From: Candidatus Brevefilum sp.
GTDB lineage: Bacteria > Chloroflexota > Anaerolineae > Anaerolineales > Anaerolineaceae
NCBI GenBank assembly: GCA_036733105.1
Contig: DAINBD010000001.1
Coordinates: 1-55,010, forward strand
Direction of reading: 5' to 3'
DNA length: 55,010 nucleotides
Shown here: piece by piece, positions 1-10,680 of the stretch
How positions within the stretch are numbered: the first letter of the stretch is position 1
Layout: every line of letters begins with the position of its first letter
Position numbers and translations under genes: made by a program
Notes under the pieces: generated by a model
Seen by the model: the letters and a program-made list of their open reading frames with translations, nothing else
What the model was told of the DNA's origin: nothing
The model's database searches: none

Positions 1-537
1 AGCCAGGCTACCCCAGGACCAAAACAGATTTGTATATCCTGGAATACCCTTCAAACCAAGCGCACCGTTGGTCAGCGACTGCATATTGACCATTAAAACG
101 CGGATGATCTCACTAAACCCAAGTGTGGCAATGGCAAGATAATCACCTCGCAGCCGTAAAGCAGGCCAGGCAATGAGCAGCGAAAACATCGCAGTCAAAA
201 AGCCTCCGATGATCAATGCCAGTAAAAAAGGTGCCTGGACGTTTGCTAGGGGTGAAATGATCGGTTTAAGGAAGAAATTGACTGCTTTCTGTGCTGGTGA
301 GAGTGTGAGCAGTGCAGCAATATAGGCACCTATAGCAGCAAAACCTGCATGCCCAAGAGAAAATTGCCCTGTGTAACCAAAAATCAAGTTGAAGGTCACT
401 GAGAAAATGCCGTAAATGGCGCACAGGTTAAGGATACGTTTATAGTAGGGATTAAGAGATAATTCGGCAAAGTACAATAGGACAACCAGGATTGCCAATG
501 CAATAATCGTAAGTATCATCTTTCGGTTTAGTTTCAT
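1..537 (-). CDS. livM: Branched-chain amino acid ABC transporter permease LivM (3' end outside window)
   Basis: Not in the ORF track. Manual translation from ATG 537 gives MKLNRKMILTII...FNLIFGYTGQFSLGHAGFAAIGAY...LRLRGDYLAIATLGFSEIIR, which carries the LivM signatures. Directly downstream of livH. Confidence 0.92.
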   Translation of the reverse strand, partial: MKLNRKMILTIIALAILVVLLYFAELSLNPYYKRILNLCAIYGIFSVTFNLIFGYTGQFSLGHAGFAAIGAYIAALLTLSPAQKAVNFFLKPIISPLANVQAPFLLALIIGGFLTAMFSLLIAWPALRLRGDYLAIATLGFSEIIRVLMVNMQSLTNGALGLKGIPGYTNLFWSWGSLA

Positions 538-541
538 CTTC

Positions 542-1435
542 TTACACCTTTTCCGGTTCAACTTCTCCCATGATCCCTGTGGGACGGAAGAGAAGCAAGA
601 GAATCAAAATGGTATAGGAAAAAGCATCCCTGTAGCCCGATAGGCTTGGGAAGAACGCAACTAACAAAATCTCAACAACACCCAACAGCAGACCGCCGAT
701 CATCGCGCCGCCTACGTTACCGATCCCGCCCAACACTGCTGCAACAAACGCTTTCAAGCCAGGCATCACACCCATCAACGGGTTGATTTGGGGAAATTTG
801 ATCGCCCACAGAATGCCGCCGACCGCTGCCAAACTTGAACCAAGCATAAAGGCAAACATGATGATCTTATCGGTATTAACACCCATTAGGGCAGTCGTCT
901 CAATATCCTTTGAAAGTGCCCTCATCGCAGTTCCTGCTTTTGTGCGGTTGATGATCAAGATCAAACCAATAAATAGCGCAACTGAAACAAGGATGATGAT
1001 GGGCGTGTAGCTGACAAATGAGATTGAACCCAGATTCAGCAACTTATCTAAAAAAGGCGGGCGTGAAAATGCCTTAGGGCGGCCACCAAAGATCACAATT
1101 GCCAGGTTTTCCAATAAAAAGGAAACAGCAACCGCTGCTGTAAACAAATTGATCCGGGGAAATTCGCGTAAGGGACGGTAGGCCACCTTCTCCATAACTA
1201 TCCCAATTCCTGCCGTTACCCCTACAGCAAAAATAAAGGACGCCCACCACGGGAGAAAGAACATTGAAACACCATAGAAGGCGAAATAGGAACCTAGCAT
1301 GACAAGATCCCCATGGGCAAAATTGATCAACCTCAAAATGCCATAGACCATGGTATATCCTATGGCGATCAAAGCATACAGGCTTCCCAGGGAAATACCA
1401 TTGGCCAAATTCTGAAGAAAAGAATTAAAAGTCAT
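542..1435 (-). CDS. livH: Branched-chain amino acid ABC transporter permease LivH
   Basis: GSLYALIAIGYTMVYGILRLINFAHG, GTAMRA and KAFVAAVLGGIG motifs; hydrophobic protein. Confidence 0.95.
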   Translation of the reverse strand: MTFNSFLQNLANGISLGSLYALIAIGYTMVYGILRLINFAHGDLVMLGSYFAFYGVSMFFLPWWASFIFAVGVTAGIGIVMEKVAYRPLREFPRINLFTAAVAVSFLLENLAIVIFGGRPKAFSRPPFLDKLLNLGSISFVSYTPIIILVSVALFIGLILIINRTKAGTAMRALSKDIETTALMGVNTDKIIMFAFMLGSSLAAVGGILWAIKFPQINPLMGVMPGLKAFVAAVLGGIGNVGGAMIGGLLLGVVEILLVAFFPSLSGYRDAFSYTILILLLLFRPTGIMGEVEPEKV

Positions 1436-1485
1436 GGAACTATTCCAATCACTAAGAAAAACCAGATTATATTGCTATAAAATAA

Positions 1486-1513
1486 AAGGGCGCCCAACCT
1501 GACAGGCGCCCTT
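1486..1513 (-). terminator. Intrinsic terminator-like hairpin between livK and livH
   Basis: AAGGGCGCC-N10-GGCGCCCTT followed on the minus strand by TTATTTT. Confidence 0.75.
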
Positions 1514-1528
1514 CCATCTAAACCTCAC

Positions 1529-2695
1529 TTATGGGCTGACAGTTGAAAGATATTTGAACGCACCATCCTGAACTTGGAGGACAACAGCATCTTTAACAGC
1601 ATCACCTGTCTCATTAATGGTGATGAAACCCGTCACACCCTCATAATTCTCAGTTGCCGCCATGGTATCCCGAATATCTTCGGGATCGAAGGATTGTGCT
1701 CTTTCAATCGCATCAATCACAAGCATATAGGCATCATAGCCTAAGGCAGCCATAGCACTGGGAGTTTCACCATATTCTGCTTCAAATGCTTCGACAAAGG
1801 GAGCCGAGGCTGATGTGGTGGCTGCTTCTGCGGAATAGTGAGAGCTAAAAACAGCACCTTCAGCCGAATCGCCGCCGATTTCTACGAGCTCAGGTGCCTC
1901 CCAGGCATCTGTTCCCATGAAGAGCCCGGTAAAGCCCATTTCACGCGCTTGCTTCATCAGCAAGGCGGCATCGCCATAGTACCCAGGAGCAAAAATCGCA
2001 TCTGCATCGCCAATATCTGAAAGTTGAGCCGTGAAATCCTGGTCGCCATCCTGGTAGGATGTCTCAGAAACAATCCCATCCTCTGACCCAGTCAGTTCAA
2101 TCCAGGATTGTTTGAAGAACGCAGCCAAACCGACAGAATAATCCTGAGATACATTCTGGATGATCGCCACCTTTGTTATTCCGTTTTCAACAGCATATTT
2201 CGCCATCACACGCCCCTGGAATGGATCAATGAAGCAGGCACGGAAGTAATATTCTTTGCCTTCTGTTACCAGGGGATTCGTGGGAGAACAACCCATCACA
2301 GGGATACCAGCTGCTTCGGAGACTTCACCACCCGCCATTGAGTTAGATGATCCATAGCTTCCAACAACCGCAATCGCTTTTTCCTGTTCAATCAAACGGG
2401 TCATCGCCGTTGCTGATTCAGCCTTATCACCCCGGTTGTCGACCAGGACCATGCGGACGGGAACACCCAGAACTTCATTTTTCTGAGCATAAGCCAGATC
2501 CACACCTTGCATTGTTTGAACACCACCAGCTGCCTGTGCACCTGTCATGGGTTCGTAAACCCCAATGACAACTTCTTCAATTTCTTCAATTACTTCTGGT
2601 TCTTCGACTTCAGCGGCAGGCGGAACACAACCTATTAGCACCACGCTGATCATGATCAATGCAAGTCCGATATAGATAATCCTCTTAAACAACAT
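1529..2695 (-). CDS. livK: Branched-chain amino acid ABC transporter substrate-binding lipoprotein (LivK/LivJ family)
   Basis: Type I periplasmic-binding motifs (YFRACFIDPFQG, DQDFTAQL, ALGYDAY) and lipobox LIGC. Start moved to ATG 2695, which follows the SD-like AAGGAG. Confidence 0.9.
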   Translation of the reverse strand: MLFKRIIYIGLALIMISVVLIGCVPPAAEVEEPEVIEEIEEVVIGVYEPMTGAQAAGGVQTMQGVDLAYAQKNEVLGVPVRMVLVDNRGDKAESATAMTRLIEQEKAIAVVGSYGSSNSMAGGEVSEAAGIPVMGCSPTNPLVTEGKEYYFRACFIDPFQGRVMAKYAVENGITKVAIIQNVSQDYSVGLAAFFKQSWIELTGSEDGIVSETSYQDGDQDFTAQLSDIGDADAIFAPGYYGDAALLMKQAREMGFTGLFMGTDAWEAPELVEIGGDSAEGAVFSSHYSAEAATTSASAPFVEAFEAEYGETPSAMAALGYDAYMLVIDAIERAQSFDPEDIRDTMAATENYEGVTGFITINETGDAVKDAVVLQVQDGAFKYLSTVSP

Positions 2696-2765
2696 AACAC
2701 CTCTCCTTTTTTGGTTTTTCAATATTTTTTGCAGGGAATAGTTTGGATTTCTTTAATTCTGACAA
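2685..2765 (-). CDS. Putative 26-aa upstream ORF overlapping the livK start (MSELKKSKLFPAKNIEKPKKERCYVV)
   Basis: Perfect SD AAGGAGGT (2780-2773) sits 7 nt before TTG 2765; the frame is open to TAA 2687-2685. No homology evidence. Confidence 0.35.
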   Translation of the reverse strand: MSELKKSKLFPAKNIEKPKKERCYVV

Positions 2766-2995
2766 TAGGCTTACCTCCTTATAAAGAGTAGTGGCCGTTA
2801 CAAACATTGTCATGCATTTCGTATAAATCCTATTTTATCATGAATCAGGCACTCTTTTGGTTTTTTATTTCTCAGACAGGATCGCGGGTGAATTACACCC
2901 GAAAATTTATTATCTAGGATCAATCAAAATACGATCAATCCTGGGCAAGTTTTCCAGTTTTATACTGTATGTAAGCTTCACAACATGGTTCATGC

Positions 2996-4942
2996 TCATT
3001 TCTTTACATTAACAAACACAGTCATCTCAGACTTGCCCCGATTGCCCCAAAGATGATATGGAATAAAGTTCAAAATTGTGTCATCAATGCTATTTGCACG
3101 AATGAGGTTGCAGCCGCCAAACAGATCCGGGTCCCATTCGATCCTCATGGAATCTGGATCCAGTACCGTATCCATCATGTTCACATCCGGATTATCGATA
3201 CTTTCCAGGCAGAAAACCAGCGGTCCGCAAGCCAGGGCAGCTTTGCCTAAAAGGGATTCTGTTCGTTCATCAGCAAATAAAAGATACGGCTGAAGCACAA
3301 AATCTACCAACACGCGGTCTCCATCCTGCCATTCACGCGTAATTTCGATCCATTTGGCACGATTGGGGTCCAGTGTGGACAGCAGAGGATTGCTATCGGC
3401 CTGGACGATCTCACAATTGATAGCAAGGTTGAAGTCATTAGACCAGGATGGCTGACGCAGCATCATCCTGAACCCACCGCCTGAGGATCTCTTAATTTTG
3501 ATTTCCACCTTGCTCTGCCAAGGCAATTGGCTTTCAATTTCGAGTTCGACCTCTTTTTGAAGGACATTAACCCGGTGTCGGCTGCTGAAATATTGTTCAA
3601 CCCTGATCGCATCCTCTTCTACGAACAGAACCTCATCAGCTAACCTGGCAAAGGTTCGCGAAAGGTTGGAAGGACAGCAGGGCACTTCATACCAGGCTCG
3701 CCGCTCGATCCCGCCATCTGATTGCAGGGGATTGTTGTAAAAATAAGTGTTGCCATCCACGCCCATTCCCACCAGGGCAGCGTTGTAAAGCTGCCACTCA
3801 AACAAATCGCTGTACTTCGCTTCCCCTGTCAACATGCCCATCTCACGGTTCCAAAACAGGCTTCCCAATGCAGCGCAGGTCTCAGCATAAGCAAAAGCTG
3901 GATCCAGCTCATAATCCCTTCCAAAGCCTTCGATTAGCGGCAGAGAACCAATCCCGCCGGTTAGGAACATGCGCCGTGAAACCACATGATCCCAACTTTT
4001 CTCAAGCGTGGGTAAATATTGTTTAGTATGTCTCACCTGGTCCAGCATGGCAGCTGCCGTCTGCAGGTAGGCAAAGCGGACGGCATGCCCAACCGGGACA
4101 GTCTGCCTATGGAGCGGTTTGTGTTGTTGGAAAAATTTTCCCCAAAGCGTGTTGACGATCCAACGGGACTGGATATGCGGCGGCTTTTTTGCCCGATTGC
4201 TGGGTGGAAGCCGTTTTTCTTGCGGCTGAACATGTTCTCGCTCAAAAGCAGCTTTCATCTCAGCCACGGATTTCAACCGGCGGTTGTTATCGATAAATTG
4301 CCAGATCAGGTCAATACCAAAGCCAAAAGACTTCCCGCGTTTCTCCAAAAACTGCCGCGCCAATTGCAGGTAGGTCCCCTCCCCTGTCCATTGAAACAAA
4401 CGCAGCAGTGCAATCTCAACTTCTTCATGGCCAGGTGTGAACCGAGGTCCTTTGTCAAGAAAGTCCGCAACAATCCGGTCAGCCGCTTTACAGGCAATTT
4501 TCAAAAGGTCTTCCTCGCCATTCGCTTCCGCCCTGGAAACGCCGGCTTCAATCAGATGACCATGGCAGTAAAGCTCATGCTCAATTTGGAGATTTACCCA
4601 ACGGGTACCCGGAAAATGGATCTGGTTAAATGTATACAGATAGCCGTCATCATCCTGAGTTCGTCCTATCAATGAGATAAAATCCATCACCAGCTGTTCC
4701 AATCCGGGATCAGGAAAATCTTGCAAAATCAGGCAGGCTGCCTCCAACCACTTGTAGGCGTCTGAATCCGCAAAGTACCACCCCTGCCGAAAAACAGGTT
4801 TGTTCTCAGCCAGGATGCGGAAATTATCAATACAGCCTGAACGTTCAAGCTGATCCCATTGATGAAAGATTGCTGTCTGGGCGTTGATGGATTGCCATCT
4901 CCCCCAAAACCCACCCCTGATCTGTGAACTATGCTGAATCAC
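2996..4942 (-). CDS. Glycoside hydrolase family 127 (beta-L-arabinofuranosidase-like)
   Basis: DSDAYKWLEA, HELYCHGH, GHAVR, EGFG, YAETCA and PCCPSN match the Zn/Cys catalytic motifs of HypBA1-type enzymes. SD AAGGAGG precedes the GTG start. Confidence 0.9.
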   Translation of the reverse strand: MIQHSSQIRGGFWGRWQSINAQTAIFHQWDQLERSGCIDNFRILAENKPVFRQGWYFADSDAYKWLEAACLILQDFPDPGLEQLVMDFISLIGRTQDDDGYLYTFNQIHFPGTRWVNLQIEHELYCHGHLIEAGVSRAEANGEEDLLKIACKAADRIVADFLDKGPRFTPGHEEVEIALLRLFQWTGEGTYLQLARQFLEKRGKSFGFGIDLIWQFIDNNRRLKSVAEMKAAFEREHVQPQEKRLPPSNRAKKPPHIQSRWIVNTLWGKFFQQHKPLHRQTVPVGHAVRFAYLQTAAAMLDQVRHTKQYLPTLEKSWDHVVSRRMFLTGGIGSLPLIEGFGRDYELDPAFAYAETCAALGSLFWNREMGMLTGEAKYSDLFEWQLYNAALVGMGVDGNTYFYNNPLQSDGGIERRAWYEVPCCPSNLSRTFARLADEVLFVEEDAIRVEQYFSSRHRVNVLQKEVELEIESQLPWQSKVEIKIKRSSGGGFRMMLRQPSWSNDFNLAINCEIVQADSNPLLSTLDPNRAKWIEITREWQDGDRVLVDFVLQPYLLFADERTESLLGKAALACGPLVFCLESIDNPDVNMMDTVLDPDSMRIEWDPDLFGGCNLIRANSIDDTILNFIPYHLWGNRGKSEMTVFVNVKK

Positions 4943-6233
4943 CTGCGTCCTCCTTGCGCTCTTTGATGAAAGCCAGAGGGATCAGCGCTAAAAGTGAAAT
5001 CAGCGAACCAACCTGGAAGATGATGGGCACCGGTATGAACCCTGCCTCGCCATTAACCACAGTCGGGATTCCATAGGTTTGGATCAGCCAGGAGCCAATC
5101 GCTGGTCCCAGTACCATGGGTATTGCAATCCAGAAGATCATCCGGATCCCGAGGAACTTACCGCGATTTTCTTCTGGCAACAAATCCTTGAGCCAGGCGA
5201 CCGAAGCCACACCCGACGCAACCGAAAAAGCCTGCCAGGTTAAGCCTGTAAGTGCCAGCAGGGGGAGTGTCTTTACCAACGACAGCAAGATTCCTCCCAG
5301 GGAACTCATGATGAGGGCAATGCCGATCATAGGGCGCTTCTTCCAGCGATCTGCCAAAATGCCAAAGGGGATGGCAAGGATAGCGGATCCAAGCATGACC
5401 GCGCCCCCTATAATGCTGAATTCTGATTTGGTGACGCCCACGTAGTTTTCCAGGTAAACGATCATATAAGGAAAGGAAACCTGCATCCCAATGCTTGAGA
5501 TCATGATGAAAAGCAGCAGGGTGAACAAGCTCTTATTTTGTCTGAGGGTATCCAGAGAGAAAAGGTCAGCAAATTCATTCCAGAACGAAGGCCGCTCCGT
5601 GACAACCCCTTCAGTCAAGGCGGGTTCTCGCAATAGAAGCCCAGCAATCAGGCCAACCAAGATCACAATTCCGCCTAACGCATAAAAGAAAATGAAATAA
5701 CCCAGGGACTCGATCAGCATGCCAGCAGCGACCATCGCCACAATTTGTGCCAGGAACACACTCAGGTTCAGTACGCCTTCCACCCGGCCGCGCGTGTCAG
5801 GCGTCGCCACATCCACTGTCCATGCATTGAAAGCAGCATCATTGGCAGTTGAACCGAAGAAGGTCATGATCGAATCAGCCAAAACAACCATCACCACCGC
5901 AACTGAAGTCACTTTGATGTAGGCAACTGTTGGAAAGAGAATGGTTGAAAGCCCCCACAGGATGTAGCCGAACAAGATGTAAGGACGACGTCTGCCCCAA
6001 CGTGAGCGAGTACGGTCGCTGAGGGTGCCCATGATCAGGGTCGTCAGGGTGGCGGTGATCGCGCTCCCAGCCACCATCCATGCCACCGGGCGTGGGTCGG
6101 GCGTGATCGTATCATAGACAAAGGTATTGAACCAGGAATTTTCGACTGCCCAGGCGATTTGCCCAACCAAAGCCAGGGCGAGCATAATCAGCCATGTGCG
6201 GGACGTGATAGGTGAGCGTTCTTGAGTGTTCAT
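4929..6233 (-). CDS. MFS sugar/glycoside transporter
   Basis: About 12 hydrophobic segments; GTLSDRTRSRWGRRRPY motif of GPH-like MFS proteins; overlaps the GH127 start by 14 nt. Confidence 0.88.
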   Translation of the reverse strand: MNTQERSPITSRTWLIMLALALVGQIAWAVENSWFNTFVYDTITPDPRPVAWMVAGSAITATLTTLIMGTLSDRTRSRWGRRRPYILFGYILWGLSTILFPTVAYIKVTSVAVVMVVLADSIMTFFGSTANDAAFNAWTVDVATPDTRGRVEGVLNLSVFLAQIVAMVAAGMLIESLGYFIFFYALGGIVILVGLIAGLLLREPALTEGVVTERPSFWNEFADLFSLDTLRQNKSLFTLLLFIMISSIGMQVSFPYMIVYLENYVGVTKSEFSIIGGAVMLGSAILAIPFGILADRWKKRPMIGIALIMSSLGGILLSLVKTLPLLALTGLTWQAFSVASGVASVAWLKDLLPEENRGKFLGIRMIFWIAIPMVLGPAIGSWLIQTYGIPTVVNGEAGFIPVPIIFQVGSLISLLALIPLAFIKERKEDAGDSA

Positions 6234-6385
6234 AGGACTCCTTGTAACCCAGCTAACGATGATGTCATAAGTATAAATGAAAAATTATAGAATCAGACGG
6301 GGTATTCACCAACGAGAACCGAATATTCGTCAACTTATTTGATCAAAACATTGAGGATATACAGATATTGGGTGGAGATCAAATC

Positions 6386-6679
6386 TCACTTGTTTTTAGC
6401 ATGTTTGATACCCCTGACAATCCAAACTAGGACCACCAGGATGGATAAAAATGTGATGGTCATTGACGGCTTGACCCCCAACATCTCCCGGTGAATGAAA
6501 TCCGCACTGAGCATTTGAGGCCAGCCAATGAGTGTTAAAGGCAAACCAATGATCGGTGAAAATATATTTTGTTTCCCGATCACAAGATTGTAAAAGTACC
6601 CGGAAAAATAATAAACCACGCCAATAGCCAGATACCCCAAGAATATTCGTAGCAACCACCTGAACACAATCTTTACCAT
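6386..6679 (-). CDS. Small membrane protein of unknown function
   Basis: Two to three hydrophobic segments; ATG 6679 preceded by GGAG. Confidence 0.65.
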   Translation of the reverse strand: MVKIVFRWLLRIFLGYLAIGVVYYFSGYFYNLVIGKQNIFSPIIGLPLTLIGWPQMLSADFIHREMLGVKPSMTITFLSILVVLVWIVRGIKHAKNK

Positions 6680-6721
6680 GATATATTCTCCATTCATTAG
6701 TAAGGCATGATGTCTGACGAA

Positions 6722-7381
6722 TTAGTTCAGCTTTTTATAAAATACAGCGTATCGAGAAAACAAATGCACAACAGCGGGTGAAAGTCGGGTGAATTGCAAT
6801 GCAGTTTTGAGTGACTCTCTAAAACTCGCTGCATCGTTAAACATTGACATTTGCATAGTTGCCCGACCCACTTCCCATAAAGAGTGCGCATCAGACCCGA
6901 CAGTCTCCAGCAGCGCATTTTTCCTTGCAAAGATTGCTGCGTTTTGATTGGGCACATTGGTTAAGCAACGTGCATTAAAAGTCTCAATGGCATCGATATG
7001 AGGGAGGATGGCTGTCAGGCTTTCCTTTGACCAGTGCTGACTGCGGGTGGTATCAAAGGGATGCGCCAGGCTGATCACCGCGCCCTGCGCCTTCAGCCGC
7101 CTGATCGCATCCAAAGGTTCCAGACCCGGAGGCACCCATTCCTCCAAAAAATAGCCCAGTAGTTCACCCTGGGTGGTCTCAATCTCTTCCCCCACAATCA
7201 CTTGATCAGGTGCCAGTTGTTTTGCTCTCAATGCACCATCAATAGAATTGTGGTCGGTGATCGCGATCCGGTCTAAGCCAATTTTTTTACAATGTTCCAA
7301 AAGGCGCGGAATCCTCACCAGGCTGTCTTTCGAAAACCGGGTATGCATATGCAGTTCGACCCGCAGCAAGGATTCAATCAT
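6722..7381 (-). CDS. PHP-domain metal-dependent phosphoesterase
   Basis: ELHMHT, AITDHN, LAHP and GSDAH motifs; ATGA overlap with the alr stop. Confidence 0.88.
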   Translation of the reverse strand: MIESLLRVELHMHTRFSKDSLVRIPRLLEHCKKIGLDRIAITDHNSIDGALRAKQLAPDQVIVGEEIETTQGELLGYFLEEWVPPGLEPLDAIRRLKAQGAVISLAHPFDTTRSQHWSKESLTAILPHIDAIETFNARCLTNVPNQNAAIFARKNALLETVGSDAHSLWEVGRATMQMSMFNDAASFRESLKTALQFTRLSPAVVHLFSRYAVFYKKLN

Positions 7382-8493
7382 GATTCATAATAAAGCCTGG
7401 GCAGCCGATCTGCCAAACCACACACAACTTCATAATTTACTGTCCCCCACCGTGCCGCCAAATCGCTCGCTGTGATCTGGAGGTCACCTTGTTTTCCAAG
7501 CAGCACGACCTCATCTCCTGGGGCAGCATCTGGAACGGAATCAAGCTGGACCATAAACTGGTCCATACAGATTTTGCCAACCACATCCACTTGTTTGCCT
7601 CGAATCAGGACCTTCTGATCGGGTTCCCGCCGATAGCCATCGCCATAACCAACCGGAACGACGCCAATCCTTTCCTCACCCGAAGTTACATAGATCGATC
7701 CATAACTGACGCCTTGCCCCGGCGGCATCAACCTGACCGATGTCAGGCGAGCCTTCCAAGTTAGGGCAGGTTTAAATGAAGATGGCAGCGGCGTATTCGA
7801 GGCAGGATCCAGACCAAAAATGGCAATGCCAGGCCGGACCATATCGAAATAGGCTTCTGGATAGTTGATCACAGCGGCGGAATTGGCGGCATGGGTAAAT
7901 CCCGGGTGTAAATCAGCCCGTTGGAGCTGGAATAATAGATCATTAAAGATAAATAATTGCTCCTGTGTTGCATTCGTATTGATCTCATCAGCACGGGCAA
8001 AATGTGTAAAAATCCCATCAATAATGATGAGGTCGCTGTTCTGATAGGACGCCAGAAAATCCCGAACCTGTGCCACGGGCATCCCCAACCGCCCCATACC
8101 CGTCTCAACTTTGATGTGTGCCTTCAACCTGCCGCCTGATTTTTTTGCCATCTCAGAATAAGCTTTCGCCATTGAAACGTCATACACGGCGACATGGATA
8201 TCGTTTTGAATCGCGTCTGGGATCAAAGCCGGTGGCGAATATCCCAAAACCATAACTTCCGAAGTGATCCCTGCTTTGCGCAAATTGAGGGCTTCTTCCA
8301 TTCGTGCCACACCGCACCAGGTCGCGCCAGCGTCCGTGACAGCCTTTGCCACTGTCAAAACACCGTGACCGTAGCCATTCGCTTTGATCACAGCCATGAC
8401 CTGAGTTCGTGTCATTTTTTTGATTACGTTGATATTGTGTTTGATCGCCCCTAGGTCAATTTCGAGCCATGTAGAGTATGTGTGCGTATTCAT
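7378..8493 (-). CDS. alr: Alanine racemase
   Basis: AVIKANGYGHG (PLP lysine), ETGMGRLG, HAANSAA, GYGDG, ICMDQ and TVNYE. Probable start ATG 8493. Confidence 0.96.
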   Translation of the reverse strand: MNTHTYSTWLEIDLGAIKHNINVIKKMTRTQVMAVIKANGYGHGVLTVAKAVTDAGATWCGVARMEEALNLRKAGITSEVMVLGYSPPALIPDAIQNDIHVAVYDVSMAKAYSEMAKKSGGRLKAHIKVETGMGRLGMPVAQVRDFLASYQNSDLIIIDGIFTHFARADEINTNATQEQLFIFNDLLFQLQRADLHPGFTHAANSAAVINYPEAYFDMVRPGIAIFGLDPASNTPLPSSFKPALTWKARLTSVRLMPPGQGVSYGSIYVTSGEERIGVVPVGYGDGYRREPDQKVLIRGKQVDVVGKICMDQFMVQLDSVPDAAPGDEVVLLGKQGDLQITASDLAARWGTVNYEVVCGLADRLPRLYYES

Positions 8494-8689
8494 GGGTTGA
8501 AGTATAGCCCGGCTTTCTTTTCCTTTCAAGAGAACGGTATAGATCTGGTAATTGGTTGATTGACTGGTTAATCGTCAAAAATACATAGGGTTGTCTTTTA
8601 CGCTCATTTCCTATTCCAGGTAAATAAAATCGGTACAAAGAAAGCAAATTCTTGGTTGATTGTAACCGTCCCTTTAGCCTGAGGTATAA

Positions 8690-9841
<1,152 letters not shown>

Positions 9842-9854
9842 ATAGGAAATACTG

Positions 9855-10676
9855 ATGACCACACTACAGGCAATCATTTTAGGCATTGTTCAGGGATTGA
9901 CAGAATTTTTACCCATCTCCAGCTCCGGGCACTTGGTTCTCGTTCCCTTCTTTCTAAATTGGCAGCTTCCCGCCAAAGAAATGTTCATCTTCAATGTTCT
10001 CGTACAGCTTGGAACCCTGGTTGCCGTCCTTGTCTATTTCTGGAAAGACCTTCTTGCGATCTTCAGCAGCTTTTTCAAACAGCTCTTCAAAGGCGCACCC
10101 TTTGCCACACATGAAGCGCGTTTGGGGTGGCTTTTAATCGTTGCAACGATTCCGGCTGGTCTTGCAGGGATTCTCTTTGATGATCTTGTAGAATCAGCCT
10201 TTTCTTCCCCCCTGTTCGTGGGAATTGCCCTACTCATTACAGCCCTCTTGCTGGTACTCGGAGAGAAGATCAGCCAGAAAATTGGCGATCTGCAGGATAT
10301 TAACCTGCCCGATGCAATTGTAATGGGTTTGATGCAGGCACTGGCGCTCTTCCCGGGAATTTCCCGATCCGGCGCCACCATCTCAGGCGGGATGATGCGC
10401 CACCTCAAACGGGAAGCAGCCGGCAGGTTTTCCTTCCTGATGTCCATCCCGATCATGCTGGCGGCAGGTGCACTTTCAACCTACGAGATGGTCACAGAAG
10501 TATCGGATTTATCTTCTTTCCTGCCAACCATGGTTGTGGGTTTCCTGACAGCCATGCTGGTTGGGTATCTATCCATCCGTTGGCTGCTCAAATTCCTCGT
10601 CAATCACTCCCTGGCTTATTTCGCAGTTTACTGCATCCTGCTCGGGAGTGCCACGATCCTCGTTTGGGCACTTTAA
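9855..10676 (+). CDS. uppP: Undecaprenyl-diphosphate phosphatase (BacA)
   Basis: QGLTEFLPISSSGH and PGISRSG motifs. Confidence 0.96.
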   Translation: MTTLQAIILGIVQGLTEFLPISSSGHLVLVPFFLNWQLPAKEMFIFNVLVQLGTLVAVLVYFWKDLLAIFSSFFKQLFKGAPFATHEARLGWLLIVATIPAGLAGILFDDLVESAFSSPLFVGIALLITALLLVLGEKISQKIGDLQDINLPDAIVMGLMQALALFPGISRSGATISGGMMRHLKREAAGRFSFLMSIPIMLAAGALSTYEMVTEVSDLSSFLPTMVVGFLTAMLVGYLSIRWLLKFLVNHSLAYFAVYCILLGSATILVWAL

Positions 10677-10680
10677 GGTC

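Noticed and set aside
2885..2942. CGGGTG-N5-CACCCG inverted repeat and a GATCAATC direct repeat upstream of livK
   Set aside because: Short, with no correctly placed U tract and no nearby regulator; could be chance.
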